This document shows positions 45,101-60,400 of a DNA stretch of 64,000 bases, in pieces. A model generated the notes under the pieces. That model did not search any database and had not been told where the DNA came from. It saw nothing but the letters and a program-made list of their open reading frames with translations. The translations under genes were made by a program, and so were the position numbers. Source of the stretch: Eledone cirrhosa (Eukaryota); contig CAXHJY010000928.1 of assembly GCA_964016885.1 (NCBI GenBank), positions 930,001 to 994,000 of the forward strand. The letters run 5' to 3'. Positions within the stretch are counted from its first letter, which is position 1. Each line of letters starts with the position of its first letter.

Positions 45101-48100
45101 TTCCTCTTATACCTAGTTTCTCTCCTAGTTCATTCATACACATCACATGTCTATACCAACACAGTCTCCTCTCCTACACACTACATCTGATCCCTCTTAT
45201 ACCTAGTTTCTCTCTCCATCCATACACATCGCATGTCTATACCAACACAGTCTCCTCTCCTACACTCTACATCTGATTCCTCTTATACCTAGTTTCTCTC
45301 CCAGTTCATCCATACACATCACATGTCTATACCAACACAGTCTCCTCTCCTACACACTACATCTGATTCCTCTTATACCTAGTTTCTCTCTCCATCCATA
45401 CACATCACATGTCTATACCAACACAGTCTCGTCTCCTACACACTACATCTGATTCCTCTTATACATAGTTTCTCTCTCCATCCATACACATCACATGTCT
45501 ATACCAACACAGTCTCGTCTCCTACACACTACATCTGATTCCTCTTATACCTAGTTTCTCTCTCCATCCATACACATCACATGTCTATACCAATACAGTC
45601 TCCTCTTCTACACACTACATCTGGTTCCTATTATACCTAGTTTCTCTCCCAGTTCATTCATACACATCACATATCTATACCAACATAGTCTCCTCTCCTA
45701 CACACTACATCTGATTCCTCTTATACCTAGTTTCTCTCTCAGTCCATCCATACACATCGCATGTCTATACCAATACAGTCTCCTCTCCTACACACTACAT
45801 CTGATTCCTCTTATACCTAGTTCCTCTCTCCATCCATACACATCACATGTCTGTACCAACACAGTCTCCTCTCCTACACACTACATCTGATTCCTCTTAT
45901 ACCTAGTTTCTCTCTCCATCCATACACATCGCATGTCTATACCAACAGTCTCCTCTCCTACACTCTACATCTGATTCCTCTTATAACTAGTTTCTCTCCC
46001 AGTTCATTCATACACATCACATGTCTATACCAACACAGTCTCCTCTCCTACACACTACATCTGATTCCTCTCATACCTAGTTTCTCTCTCCATCCATACA
46101 CATCACATGTCTATACCAACACAGTCTCCTCTCCTACACACTACATCTGATTCCTCTTATACCTAGTTTCTCTGTCAGTCCATCCTTATACATCACATGT
46201 CTCTACCAACACAGTCTCCTGTCCTACACACTACATCTGATTCCTCTGATATCTAGTTTCCCTCTCAGTTCATCCATACACATCACAGGTCTATACCAAC
46301 ACAGTCTCCCCTCCTACATCTGATTTCTCTTAAACCTAGTTTCCCACTCAGTCCATCCATACACATCACATGTCTATACCAACACAGTCTCCCCTCCTAC
46401 ACTCTACATCTGATTCCTCTTATACCTAGTCTCTCTCCATCCATACACATCACATGTCTATACCATCACAGTCTCCCCTCCTACACACTACATCTGATTC
46501 CTCTTATACATAGTTTCTCTCCCAGTTCATCCATACACATCACATGTCTATACCAACACAGTCTCCCCTCATACATCTGATTCCTCTGATACCTAGTTTC
46601 TCTCTCATTCCATCCATACACATCACATGTCTATACCAACACAGTCTCCCCTCCTACATCTGATTCCTCTTATACCTAGTTTCTCTGTCAATCCATCCTT
46701 ATACATCACATGTCTCTACCAACACAGTCTCCTCTCCTACACACTACATCTGATTCCTCTTATACCTAGTTTCTCTCTCAGTTCATCCATACGCATCACA
46801 TGTCTATACCAATAAAGTCTCCTCTCCTACACACTACATCTGATTCCTCTTATATCTAGTTTCCCTCTCAGTTCATCCATACACATCACATGTTTATACC
46901 AACACTGTGTCCTCTCCTACACACTACATCTGATTCCTCTTCTACCTTATTTCTCTATCCATCCATACACATCACATGTCTATACCAACACAGTCTCCCC
47001 TCCTACATCTGATTTCTCTTAAACCTAGTTTCCCACTCAGTCCATCCATACACATCACATGTCTATACCAACACAGTCTCCTCTCCTACACACTACATCT
47101 GATTCCTCTTATACCTAGTTTCTCTCTCAGTTCATCCATACACATCACATGTCTATACCAACACAGTCTCCCCTCCTACACTCTACATCTGATTCCTCTT
47201 ATACCTAGTTTCTCTCCCAGTTCATCCATACACATCACTTGTCTATACCAACACAGTCTCCCCTCATACATCTGATTCCTCTTATACCTAGTTTCTCTCT
47301 CATTCCATCCTTACACATCACATGTCTATACCAACACAGTCTCCCCTCCTACATCTGATTCCTCTTATACCTAGTTTCTCTCTCAGTTCATCCATACACA
47401 TCACATGTCTATACCAACAGTCTCCTCTCATACACACTACATCTGATTTCTCTTATACCTAGTTTCTCTCTCAGTCCATCCATACACATCACATGCCTAT
47501 ACCAACACCATCTCTTCTCCTACGCACTACATCTGATTCCTCTTCTACCTAGTTTCTCCCTCAGTTCATCCATACACATCACACGTCTATACCAACACAG
47601 TCTCCTCTCCTACACACTACATCTGATTCCTCTTATCCCTAGTTTCTCTCCCAGTTCATCCATAGATATCACATGTCTATACCAACACAGTCTCCTCTCC
47701 TACACACTACATCTGATTCCTCTTATACCTACTTTCTCTCTCAGTCCAACCATACACAGCACAAGTCTATACCAATATAGTCTCCTCTACTACACACTAC
47801 ATCTGATTCCTCTTATACCTAGTTTCTCTCTCAGTCCATCCATACCCATCACATAACTATACCAACACAGTCTCCTCTCCTACATCTGATTCCTCTTATA
47901 CCTAGTTTCTCTCTCAGTGCATCCATACACATCACATGTCTATACCAACACAGTCTCCTCTCCTTCACACTACATCTGATTCCTCTTATACCTAGTTTCT
48001 CTCCCAGTTCATCCATGCACATCACATGTCTATACCAACACAGTCTCCTCTCCTACACTCTACATCTGATTCCTCTTCTACCTAGTTTCTCTCCCAGTTC

Positions 48101-51100
48101 ATCCATAGACATCACATGTCTATACCAACACAGTCTCCTCTCCTACACACTACATCTGATTCCTCTTATACCTAGTTTCTCTCTCCATCCATACACATCA
48201 CATCTCTATACCAACACAGTCTCCTCTCCTACACTCTACATCTGATTCCTCTTATACCTAGTTTCTCTCCCAGTTCATCCATACACATCACATGTCTATA
48301 CCAACACAGTCTCCTCTCCTACACACTACATCTGATTCCTCTTATACCTAGTTTCTCTCTCCATCCATACACATCACATGTCTATACCAATACAGTCTCC
48401 TCTTCTACACACTACATCTGGTTCCTATTATACCTAGTTTCTCTCCCAGTTCATTCATACACATCACATGTCTATACCAACACAGTCTCCTCTCCTACAC
48501 ACTACATCTGATTCCTCTCATACCTAGTTTCTCTCTCCATCCATACAAATCGCATGTCTATACCAACACAGTCTCCTCTCCTACACTCTACATCTGATTC
48601 CTCTTATACCTAGTTTCTCTCCCAGTTCATTCATACACATCACATGTCTATACCAACACAGTCTCCTCTCCTACACACTACATCTGATTCCTCTCATACC
48701 TAGTTTCTCTCTCCATCCATACACATCACATGTCTCTACCAACACAGTCTCCTCTCCTACACTCTACATCTGATTCCTCTTATACCTAGTTTCTCTCCCA
48801 GTTCATTCATACACATCACATGTCTATACCAACACAGTCTCCTCTCCTACACACTACATCTGATCCCTCTTATACCTAGTTTCTCTCTCCATCCATACAC
48901 ATCGCATGTCTATACCAACACAGTCTCCTCTCCTACACTCTACATCTGATTCCTCTTATACCTAGTTTCTCTCCCAGTTCATCCATACACATCACATGTC
49001 TATACCAACACAGTCTCCTCTCCTACACACTACATCTGATTCCTCTTATACCTAGTTTCTCTCTCCATCCATACACATCACATGTCTATACCAACACAGT
49101 CTCGTCTCCTACACACTACATCTGATTCCTCTTATACATAGTTTCTCTCTCCATCCATACACATCTCATGTCTATACCAACACAGTCTCGTCTCCTACAC
49201 ACTACATCTGATTCCTCTTATACCTAGTTTCTCTCTCCATCCATACACATCACATGTCTATACCAATACAGTCTCCTCTTCTACACACTACATCTGGTTC
49301 CTATTATACCTAGTTTCTCTCCCAGTTCATTCATACACATCACATGTCTATACCAACATAGTCTCCTCTCCTACACACTACATCTGATTCCTCTTATACC
49401 TAGTTTCTCTCTCAGTCCATCCATACACATCGCATGTCTATACCAATACAGTCTCCTCTCCTACACACTACATCTGATTCCTCTTATACCTAGTTCCTCT
49501 CTCCATCCATACACATCACATGTCTGTACCAACACAGTCTCCTCTCCTACACACTACATCTGATTCCTCTTATACCTAGTTTCTCTCTCCATCCATACAC
49601 ATCGCATGTCTATACCAACAGTCTCCTCTCCTACACTCTACATCTGATTCCTCTTATAACTAGTTTCTCTCCCAGTTCATTCATACACATCACATGTCTA
49701 TACCAACACAGTCTCCTCTCCTACACACTACATCTGATTCCTCTCATACCTAGTTTCTCTCTCCATCCATACACATCACATGTCTATACCAACACAGTCT
49801 CCTCTCCTACACACTACATCTGATTCCTCTTATACCTAGTTTCTCTGTCAGTCCATCCTTATACATCACATGTCTCTACCAACACAGTCTCCTGTCCTAC
49901 ACACTACATCTGATTCCTCTTATATCTAGTTTCCCTCTCAGTTCATCCATACACATCACAGGTCTATACCAACACAGTCTCCCCTCCTACATCTGATTTC
50001 TCTTAAACCTAGTTTCCCACTCAGTCCATCCATACACATCACATGTCTATACCAACACAGTCTCCCCTCCTACACTCTACATCTGATTCCTCTTATACCT
50101 AGTCTCTCTCCATCCATACACATCACATGTCTATACCATCACAGTCTCCCCTCCTACACACTACATCTGATTCCTCTTATACATAGTTTCTCTCCCAGTT
50201 CATCCATACACATCACATGTCTATACCAACACAGTCTCCCCTCATACATCTGATTCCTCTGATACCTAGTTTCTCTCTCATTCCATCCATACACATCACA
50301 TGTCTATACCAACACAGTCTCCCCTCCTACATCTGATTCCTCTTATACCTAGTTTCTCTCTCAGTTCATCCATACACATCACATGTCTATACCAACAGTC
50401 TCCTCTCATACACACTACATCTGATTTCTCTTATACCTAGTTTCTCTCTCAGACCATCCATACACATCACATGTCTATACCAACACAATCTCTTCTCCTA
50501 CGCACTACATCTGATTCCTCTTCTACCTAGTTTCTCTCTCAGTTCATCCATACACATCACACGTCTATACCAACACAGTCTCCTCTCCTACACACTACAT
50601 CTGATTCCTCTTATCGCTAGTTTCTCTCCCAGTTCATCCATAGACATCACATGTCTATACCAACACAGTCTCCTCTCCTACACACTACATCTGATTCCTC
50701 TTATACCTGGTTTCTCTCCCAGTTCATCCATACCCATCACATGTCTATACCAACACAGTCTTCTCTCCTACACACTACATCTGATTCCTCTTATACGTAG
50801 TTTCTCTCTCTATCCATACACATCACATGTCTATACCAACACAGTCTCCTCTCCTACACACTACATCTGATTCCTCTTATACCTAGTTTCTCTCTCCATC
50901 CATACACATCGCATGTCTATACCAACACAGTCTCCTCTCCTACACTCTACATCTGATTCCTCTTATACCTATTTTCTCTCCCAGTTCATTCATACACATC
51001 ACATGTCTATACCAACACAGTCTCCTCTCCTACACACTACATCTGATTCCTCTAATACCTAGTTTCTCTCTCAGTTCATCCATACACATCACATGTCTAT

Positions 51101-51400
51101 ACCAACACAGTCTCCTCTCCTACACACTACATCTGATTCCTCTTATACCTAGTTTCTCTCTCCATCCATTCACATCACATGTCTATACCAACACAGTTTC
51201 CTCTCCTACACACTACATCTGATTCCTCTTATACCTAGTTTCTCTCTCCATCCATACACATCACACGTCTATACCAACACAGTCTCCTCTCCTACACACT
51301 ACATCTGATTCCTCTCATACCTAGTTTCTCTCTCCATCCATTCACATCGCATGTCTATACCAACACAGTCTCCTCTCCTACACACTACATCTGATTCCTC
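24200..51400 (+). repeat. Satellite domain II: 86+90 (176-bp) dimer backbone with variable 1.7-4 kb higher-order units
   Basis: Enriched markers are CATCGCATG, TACACTCTAC, CCCAGTTCATTCAT, GATCCCTC and TCTACCTTATTTCTCTAT. TCAAATGCC occurs at 25751, 28402, 30787, 34413, 36181, 40224 and 43035. CTACCAGTT...ATAACATG...CCGAC occurs at 27411, 27943, 30328, 33954, 35722, 39765 and 42576. Boundaries are approximate. Confidence 0.8.
44840..46680 (+). repeat. ~1.84-kb block duplicated at ~48513-50353 (offset 3673)
   Basis: CAAATCGC lies at 44873/48546 and CACAGGTC at 46284/49957, both at offset 3673. Intermediate markers (ATACATAG, CCTGTCCT, CCATCACAG) are collinear. Confidence 0.85.
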
Positions 51401-54400
51401 TTATACCTAGTTTCTCTGTCAGTCCATCCATACACATCACATGTCTCTACCAACACAGTCTCCTCTCCTACACACTACATCTGATTCCTCTTATACCTAG
51501 TTTCTTTCTCAGTCCATCCATACTCATCACATGTCTATACCAACACAGTCTCCTCTCCTACACACTACATCTGATTCCTCTTATACCTAGTTTCTCTCTC
51601 CATCCATACACATCACATGACTATACCAACACAGTCTCCTCTCCTACACACTACATCTGATTCCTCTCATACCTAGTTTCTCTCTCCATCCATACACATC
51701 ACATGTCTATACCAACACAGTCTCCCCTCCTACACACTACATCTGATTCCTCTCATACCTAGTTTCTCTCTCCATCCATACACATCACATGCCTATGCCA
51801 ACACAGTCTCCTCTCCTACACACTACATCTGATTCCTCTTATACCTAGTTTCTCTCTCAGTTCATCCATACACATCACATAACTATACCAACACAGTCTC
51901 CCCTCCTACATCTGATTTCTCTTAAACCTAGTTTCCCTCTCAGTCCATCCATACACATCACATGTCTATACCAACACAGTCTCCCCTCCTACATCTGATT
52001 CCTCTTATACCTAGTTTCTCTCTCAGTTCATCCATACACATCACATGTCTATACCAACAGTCTCCTCTCCTACACACTACATCTGATTTCTCTTATACCT
52101 AGTTTCTCTCTCAGTCCATTCATACACATCACATAACTATACCAACACTGTCTCCTCTCCTATATCTGATTCCTCTCTTACCTAGTTTCTCTCTCCATCC
52201 ATACTCATCACATGTCTATACCAACACAGTCTTCTCTCCTACACACTACATCTGATTCCTCTTATACCTAGTTCCTCTCTCCATCCATACACATCACATG
52301 ACTATACCAACACAGTCTCCTCTCCTACACACTACATCTGATTCCTCTCATACCTAGTTTCTCTCTCCATCCATACACATCACATGTCTATACCAACACA
52401 GTCTCCTCTCCTACACACTACATCTGATTCCTCTCATACCTAGTTTCTCTCTCCATCCATACACATCACATGACTATACCAACACAGTCTCCTCTCCTAC
52501 ACACTACCTCTGATTCCTCTTATACCTAGTTTCTCTCTCCATCCATACACATCACATGCCTATGCCAACACAGTCTCCTCTCCTACACACTACATCTGAT
52601 TCCTCTTATACCTGGTTTCTCTCCCAGTTCATCCATACCCATCACATGTCTATACCAACACAGTCTCCTCTCCTACACACTACATTTGATTCCTCTTATA
52701 CCTAGTTTCTCTCTCCATCCATACACATCACATGTCTATACCAACAGTCTCCTCTCCTACACACTACATCTGATGCCTCTTATACCTGGTTTCTCTCCCA
52801 ATTCATCCAGACACATGTCATGTCTATACCAACACAGTCTCCTCTCCTACACACTACATCTGATTCCTCTTATACCTAGTTTCTCTCTCAGCTCATCCAT
52901 ACACATCACACGTCTATACCAACACAGTCTCCTCTCCTACACACTACCTCTGATTCCTCTTATACCTAGTTTCTCTCTCTATCCATACACATCACATGTC
53001 TATACCAACACAGTCTCCTCTCCTACACACAACATCTGATTCCTCTTATACCTAGTTTCTCTCTCAGTCCATCCATACACATCGCATGTCTATACCAACA
53101 CTGTGTCCTCTCCTACACACTACATCTGATTCCTCTTATACCTAGTCTCTCTCTCAGTCCATCCATACACATCACATGTCTATACCAACACAGTCTCCTC
53201 TCCTACACACTACATCTGATTCCTCTTATACCTAGTTTCTCTCTCAGTTCATCCATACACATCACATGTCTATACCAATAGAGTCTCCTCTCCTACACAC
53301 TACATCTGATTCCTCTAATACCTAGTTTCTCTCTCAGTCCATCCATACACATCACATGTCTATATCAACACAGTCTCCTCTCCTACACACTACATCTGAT
53401 TCCTCTTATACCTAGTTTCTCTCTACATCCATACACATCACATGTCTATACCAACACAGTCTCCTCTCCTACACACTACATCTGATTCCTCTTATACCTA
53501 GTTTCTCTCTCAGCTCATCCATACACATCACATGTCTATACCAACACAGTCTCCCCTCCTACATCTGATTCCTCTTATACCTAGTTTCTCTCTCAGTTCA
53601 TCCATACACATCACATGTCTATACCAACAGTCTCCTCTCATACACACTACATCTGATTTCTCTTATACCTAGTTTCTCTCTCAGTCCATCCATACACATC
53701 TCATGTCTATACCAACACAGTCTTCTCTCCTACACACTACATCTGATTCCTCTTATACCTAGTTTCTCTCTCAGTCCATCCATACACATCACATGTCTAT
53801 ACCAACACAGTCTCCTCTCCTACACACTACATCTGATTCCTCTTATACCTAGTTTCTCTCAGTCCATCCATATACATCACATTTCTATACCAACACAGTC
53901 TCCTCTCCTACACACTACATCTGATTCCTCTTATACCTAGTTTCTCTCTCAGTCCATCCATACACATCACATAACTATACCAACACTGTCTCCTCTCCTA
54001 TATCTGATTCCTCTTATACCTAGTTTGTCTCTCAGTTCATCCATACACATCACATGTCTATACCAACAGTCTCCTCTCATACACACTACATCTGATTTCT
54101 CTTATACCTAGTTTCTCTCTCAGTCCATCCATACACATCTCATGTCTATACCAACACAGTCTTCTCTCCTACACACTACATCTGATTCCTCTTATACCTA
54201 GTTTCTCTCCCAGTTCATCCATGCACATCACATGTCTATACCAACACAGTCTCCTCTCCTACACACTACATCTGATTCCTCTTATACCTAGTTTCTCTCT
54301 CCATCCATACACATCACATGTCTATACCAACACAGTCTCCTCTCCTACACACTATATCTGATTCCTCTCTTACCTAGTTTCTCTCTCCATCCATACTCAT

Positions 54401-57400
54401 CACATGTCTATACCAACACAGTCTTCTCTCCTACACTCTACATCTGATTCCTCTTATACCTAGTTTCTCTCTCCATCCATACACATCACATGTCTATACC
54501 AACACAGTCTCCTCTCCTACACACTACATCTGATTCCTCTTATACCTAGTTTCTCTCTCAGTTCATCCATACACATCACATGTCTATGCCAACAGTCTCC
54601 TCTCCTACACCCTACATCTGATTCCTCTTATACCTAGTTTCTTTCTCCATCCATACACATCACATGTCTAAACCAACACAGTTTTCTCTCCTACACACTA
54701 CATCTGATTCCTCTTATACCTAGTTCCTCTCTCCATCCATACACATCACATGACTATACCAACACAGTCTCCTCTCCTACACACTACATCTGATTCCTCT
54801 CATACCTAGTTTCTCTCTCCATCCATACACATCACATGTCTATACCAACACAGTCTCCTCTCCTACACACTACATCTGATTCCTCTCATACCTAGTTTCT
54901 CTCTCCATCCATACACATCACATGACTATACCAACACAGTCTCCTCTCCTACACACTACCTCTGATTCCTCTTATACCTAGTTTCTCTCTCCATCCATAC
55001 ACATCACATGCCTATGCCAACACAGTCTCCTCTCCTACACACTACATCTGATTCCTCTTATACCTAGTTTCTCTCTCCATCCATGCACATCACATGTCTA
55101 TACCAACAGTCTCCTCTCCTACACACTACATCTGATTCCTCTTATACCTAGTTTCTCTCTCCATCCATACACATCACATGTCTATACCAACAGTCTCCTC
55201 TCCTACACACTACATCTGATTCCTCTTATACCTGGTTTCTCTCCCAGTTCATCCATACCCATCACATGTCTATACCAACACAGTCTCCTCTCCTACACAC
55301 TACATCTGATTCCTCTCATACCTAGTTTCTCTCTCCATCCATACACATCACATGTCTATACCAACAGTCTCCTCTCCTACACACTACATCTGATTCCTCT
55401 TATCCCTAGTTTCTCTCCCAGTTCATCCATAGACATCACATGTCTATACCAACACAGTCTCCTCTCCTACACACTACATCTGATTCCTCTTATACCTGGT
55501 TTCTCTCCCAGGTCATCCATACCCATCACATGTCTATACCAACACAGTCTTCTCTCCTACACACTACATCTGATTCCTCTTATACCTAGTTTCTCTCTCT
55601 ATCCATACACATCACATGTCTATACAAACACAGTCTCCTCTCCTACACACTACATCTGATTCCTCTTATACCTAGTTTCTCTCTCAGTTCATCCATACAC
55701 ATCACATGTCTATACCAATAGAGTCTCCTCTCCTACACACTACATCTGATTCCTCTAATACCTAGTTTCTCTCTCAGTCCATCCATACACATCACATGTC
55801 TATATCAACACAGTCTCCTCTCCTACACACTACATCTGATTCCTCTTATACCTAGTTTCTCTCTACATCCATACACATCACATGTCTATACCAACACAGT
55901 CTCCTCTCCTACACACTACATCTGATTCCTCTTATACCTAGTTTCTCTCTCAGCTCATCCATACACATCACATGTCTATACCAACACAGTCTCCCCTCCT
56001 ACATCTGATTCCTCTTATACCTAGTTTCTCTCTCAGTTCATCCATACACATCACATGTCTATACCAACAGTCTCCTCTCATACACACTACATCTGATTTC
56101 TCTTATACCTAGTTTCTCTCTCAGTCCATCCATACACATCTCATGTCTATACCAACACAGTCTTCTCTCCTACACACTACATCTGATTCCTCTTATACCT
56201 AGTTTCTCTCTCAGTCCATCCATACACATCACATGTCTATACCAACACAGTCTCCTCTCCTACACACTACATCTGATTCCTCTTATACCTAGTTTCTCTC
56301 TCAGTCCATCCATACACATCACATAACTATACCAACACTGTCTCCTCTCCTATATCTGATTCCTCTTATACCTAGTTTCTCTCTCAGTTCATCCATACAC
56401 ATCACATGTCTATACCAACAGTCTCCTCTCATACACACTACATCTGATTTCTCTTATACCTAGTTTCTCTCTCAGTCCATCCATACACATCTCATGTCTA
56501 TACCAACACAGTCTTCTCTCCTACACACTACATCTGATTCCTCTTATACCTAGTTTCTCTCCCAGTTCATCCATGCACATCACATGTCTATACCAACACA
56601 GTCTCCTCTCCTACACACTACATCTGATTCCTCTTATACCTAGTTTCTCTCTCCATCCATACACATCACATGTCTATACCAACACAGTCTCCTCTCCTAC
56701 ACACTATATCTGATTCCTCTCTTACCTAGTTTCTCTCTCCATCCATACTCATCACATGTCTATACCAACACAGTCTTCTCTCCTACACTCTACATCTGAT
56801 TCCTCTTATACCTAGTTTCTCTCTCCATCCATACACATCACATGTCTATACCAACACAGTCTCCTCTCCTACACACTACATCTGATTCCTCTTATACCTA
56901 GTTTCTCTCTCAGTTCATCCATACACATCACATGTCTATGCCAACAGTCTCCTCTCCTACACCCTACATCTGATTCCTCTTATACCTAGTTTCTTTCTCC
57001 ATCCATACACATCACATGTCTAAACCAACACAGTTTTCTCTCCTACACACTACATCTGATTCCTCTTATACCTAGTTCCTCTCTCCATCCATACACATCA
57101 CATGACTATACCAACACAGTCTCCTCTCCTACACACTACATCTGATTCCTCTCATACCTAGTTTCTCTCTCCATCCATACACATCACATGTCTATACCAA
57201 CACAGTCTCCTCTCCTACACACTACATCTGATTCCTCTCATACCTAGTTTCTCTCTCCATCCATACACATCACATGACTATACCAACACAGTCTCCTCTC
57301 CTACACACTACCTCTGATTCCTCTTATACCTAGTTTCTCTCTCCATCCATACACATCACATGCCTATGCCAACACAGTCTCCTCTCCTACACACTACATC

Positions 57401-60400
57401 TGATTCCTCTTATACCTAGTTTCTCTCTCCATCCATGCACATCACATGTCTATACCAACAGTCTCCTCTCCTACACACTACATCTGATTCCTCTTATACC
57501 TAGTTTCTCTCTCCATCCATACACATCACATGTCTATACCAACAGTCTCCTCTCCTACACACTACATCTGATTCCTCTTATACCTGGTTTCTCTCCCAGT
57601 TCATCCATACCCATCACATGTCTATACCAACACAGTCTCCTCTCCTACACACTACATCTGATTCCTCTCATACCTAGTTTCTCTCTCCATCCATACACAT
57701 CACATGTCTATACCAACAGTCTCCTCTCCTACACACTACATCTGATTCCTCTTATCCCTAGTTTCTCTCCCAGTTCATCCATAGACATCACATGTCTATA
57801 CCAACACAGTCTCCTCTCCTACACACTACATCTGATTCCTCTTATACCTGGTTTCTCTCCCAGGTCATCCATACCCATCACATGTCTATACCAACACAGT
57901 CTTCTCTCCTACACACTACATCTGATTCCTCTTATACCTAGTTTCTCTCTCTATCCATACACATCACATGTCTATACCAACACAGTCTCCTCTCCTACAC
58001 ACTACATCTGATTCCTCTTATACCTAGTTTCTCTCTCAGTTCATCCATACACATCACATGTCTATACCAATAGAGTCTCCTCTCCTACACACTACATCTG
58101 ATTCCTCTAATACCTAGTTTCTCTCTCAGTCCATCCATACACATCACATGTCTATATCAACACAGTCTCCTCTCCTACACACTACATCTGATTCCTCTTA
58201 TACCTAGTTTCTCTCTACATCCATACACATCACATGTCTATACCAACACAGTCTCCTCTCCTACACACTACATCTGATTCCTCTTATACCTAGTTTCTCT
58301 CTCAGCTCATCCATACACATCACATGTCTATACCAACACAGTCTCCCCTCCTACATCTGATTCCTCTTATACCTAGTTTCTCTCTCAGTTCATCCATACA
58401 CATCACATGTCTATACCAACAGTCTCCTCTCATACACACTACATCTGATTTCTCTTATACCTAGTTTCTCTCTCAGTCCATCCATACACATCTCATGTCT
58501 ATACCAACACAGTCTTCTCTCCTACACACTACATCTGATTCCTCTTATACCTAGTTTCTCTCTCAGTCCATCCATACACATCACATGTCTATACCAACAC
58601 AGTCTCCTCTCCTACACACTACATCTGATTCCTCTTATACCTAGTTTCTCTCAGTCCATCCATATACATCACATTTCTATACCAACACAGTCTCCTCTCC
58701 TACACACTACATCTGATTCCTCTTATACCTAGTTTCTCTCTCAGTCCATCCATACACATCACATAACTATACCAACACTGTCTCCTCTCCTATATCTGAT
58801 TCCTCTTATACCTAGTTTCTCTCTCAGTTCATGCATACACATCACATGTCTATACCAACAGTCTCCTCTCATACACACTACATCTGATTTCTCTTATACC
58901 TAGTTTCTCTCTCAGTCCATCCATACACATCTCATGTCTATACCAACACAGTCTTCTCTCCTACACACTACATCTGATTCCTCTTATACCTAGTTTCTCT
59001 CCCAGTTCATCCATGCACATCACATGTCTATACCAACACAGTCTCCTCTCCTACACACTACATCTGATTCCTCTTATACCTAGTTTCTCTCTCCATCCAT
59101 ACACATCACATGTCTATACCAACACAGTCTCCTCTCCTACACACTATATCTGATTCCTCTCTTACCTAGTTTCTCTCTCCATCCATACTCATCACATGTC
59201 TATACCAACACAGTCTTCTCTCCTACACTCTACATCTGATTCCTCTTATACCTAGTTTCTCTCTCCATCCATACACATCACATGTCTATACCAACACAGT
59301 CTCCTCTCCTACACACTACATCTGATTCCTCTTATACCTAGTTTCTCTCTCAGTTCATCCATACACATCACATGTCTATGCCAACAGTCTCCTCTCCTAC
59401 ACCCTACATCTGATTCCTCTTATACCTAGTTTCTTTCTCCATCCATACACATCACATGTCTATACCAACACAGTTTTCTCTCCTACACACTACATCTGAT
59501 TCCTCTTATACCTAGTTCCTCTCTCCATCCATACACATCACATGACTATACCAACACAGTCTCCTCTCCTACACACTACATCTGATTCCTCTCATACCTA
59601 GTTTCTCTCTCCATCCATACACATCACATGTCTATACCAACACAGTCTCCTCTCCTACACACTACATCTGATTCCTCTCATACCTAGTTTCTCTCTCCAT
59701 CCATACACATCACATGACTATACCAACACAGTCTCCTCTCCTACACACTACCTCTGATTCCTCTTATACCTAGTTTCTCTCTCCATCCATACACATCACA
59801 TGCCTATGCCAACACAGTCTCCTCTCCTACACACTACATCTGATTCCTCTTATACCTAGTTTCTCTCTCCATCCATGCACATCACATGTCTATACCAACA
59901 GTCTCCTCTCCTACACACTACATCTGATTCCTCTTATACCTAGTTTCTCTCTCCATCCATACACATCACATGTCTATACCAACAGTCTCCTCTCCTACAC
60001 ACTACATCTGATTCCTCTTATCCCTAGTTTCTCTCCCAGTTCATCCATAGACATCACATGTCTATACCAACACAGTCTCCTCTCCTACACACTACATCTG
60101 ATTCCTCTTATACCTGGTTTCTCTCCCAGGTCATCCATACCCATCACATGTCTATACCAACACAGTCTTCTCTCCTACACACTACATCTGATTCCTCTTA
60201 TACCTAGTTTCTCTCTCTATCCATACACATCACATGTCTATACCAACACAGTCTCCTCTCCTACACACTACATCTGATTCCTCTTATACCTAGTTTCTCT
60301 CTCAGTTCATCCATACACATCACATGTCTATACCAATAGAGTCTCCTCTCCTACACACTACATCTGATTCCTCTAATACCTAGTTTCTCTCTCAGTCCAT

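Noticed and set aside
312-53039. Dozens of ORFs (e.g. 12357-13199, 280 aa; 9890-10594) encoding HLIPLIPSFSLSSSIHITCLYQHSLLSYTL repeats
   Set aside because: The 90-bp unit is a multiple of 3 and happens to be stop-free in one frame. Frameshifting 86/88/83/79/91-bp monomers and amplified in-frame stops (CAATAG, ACATAA, CTATAA, ACATGA) are everywhere, so there is no sign of selection for coding.
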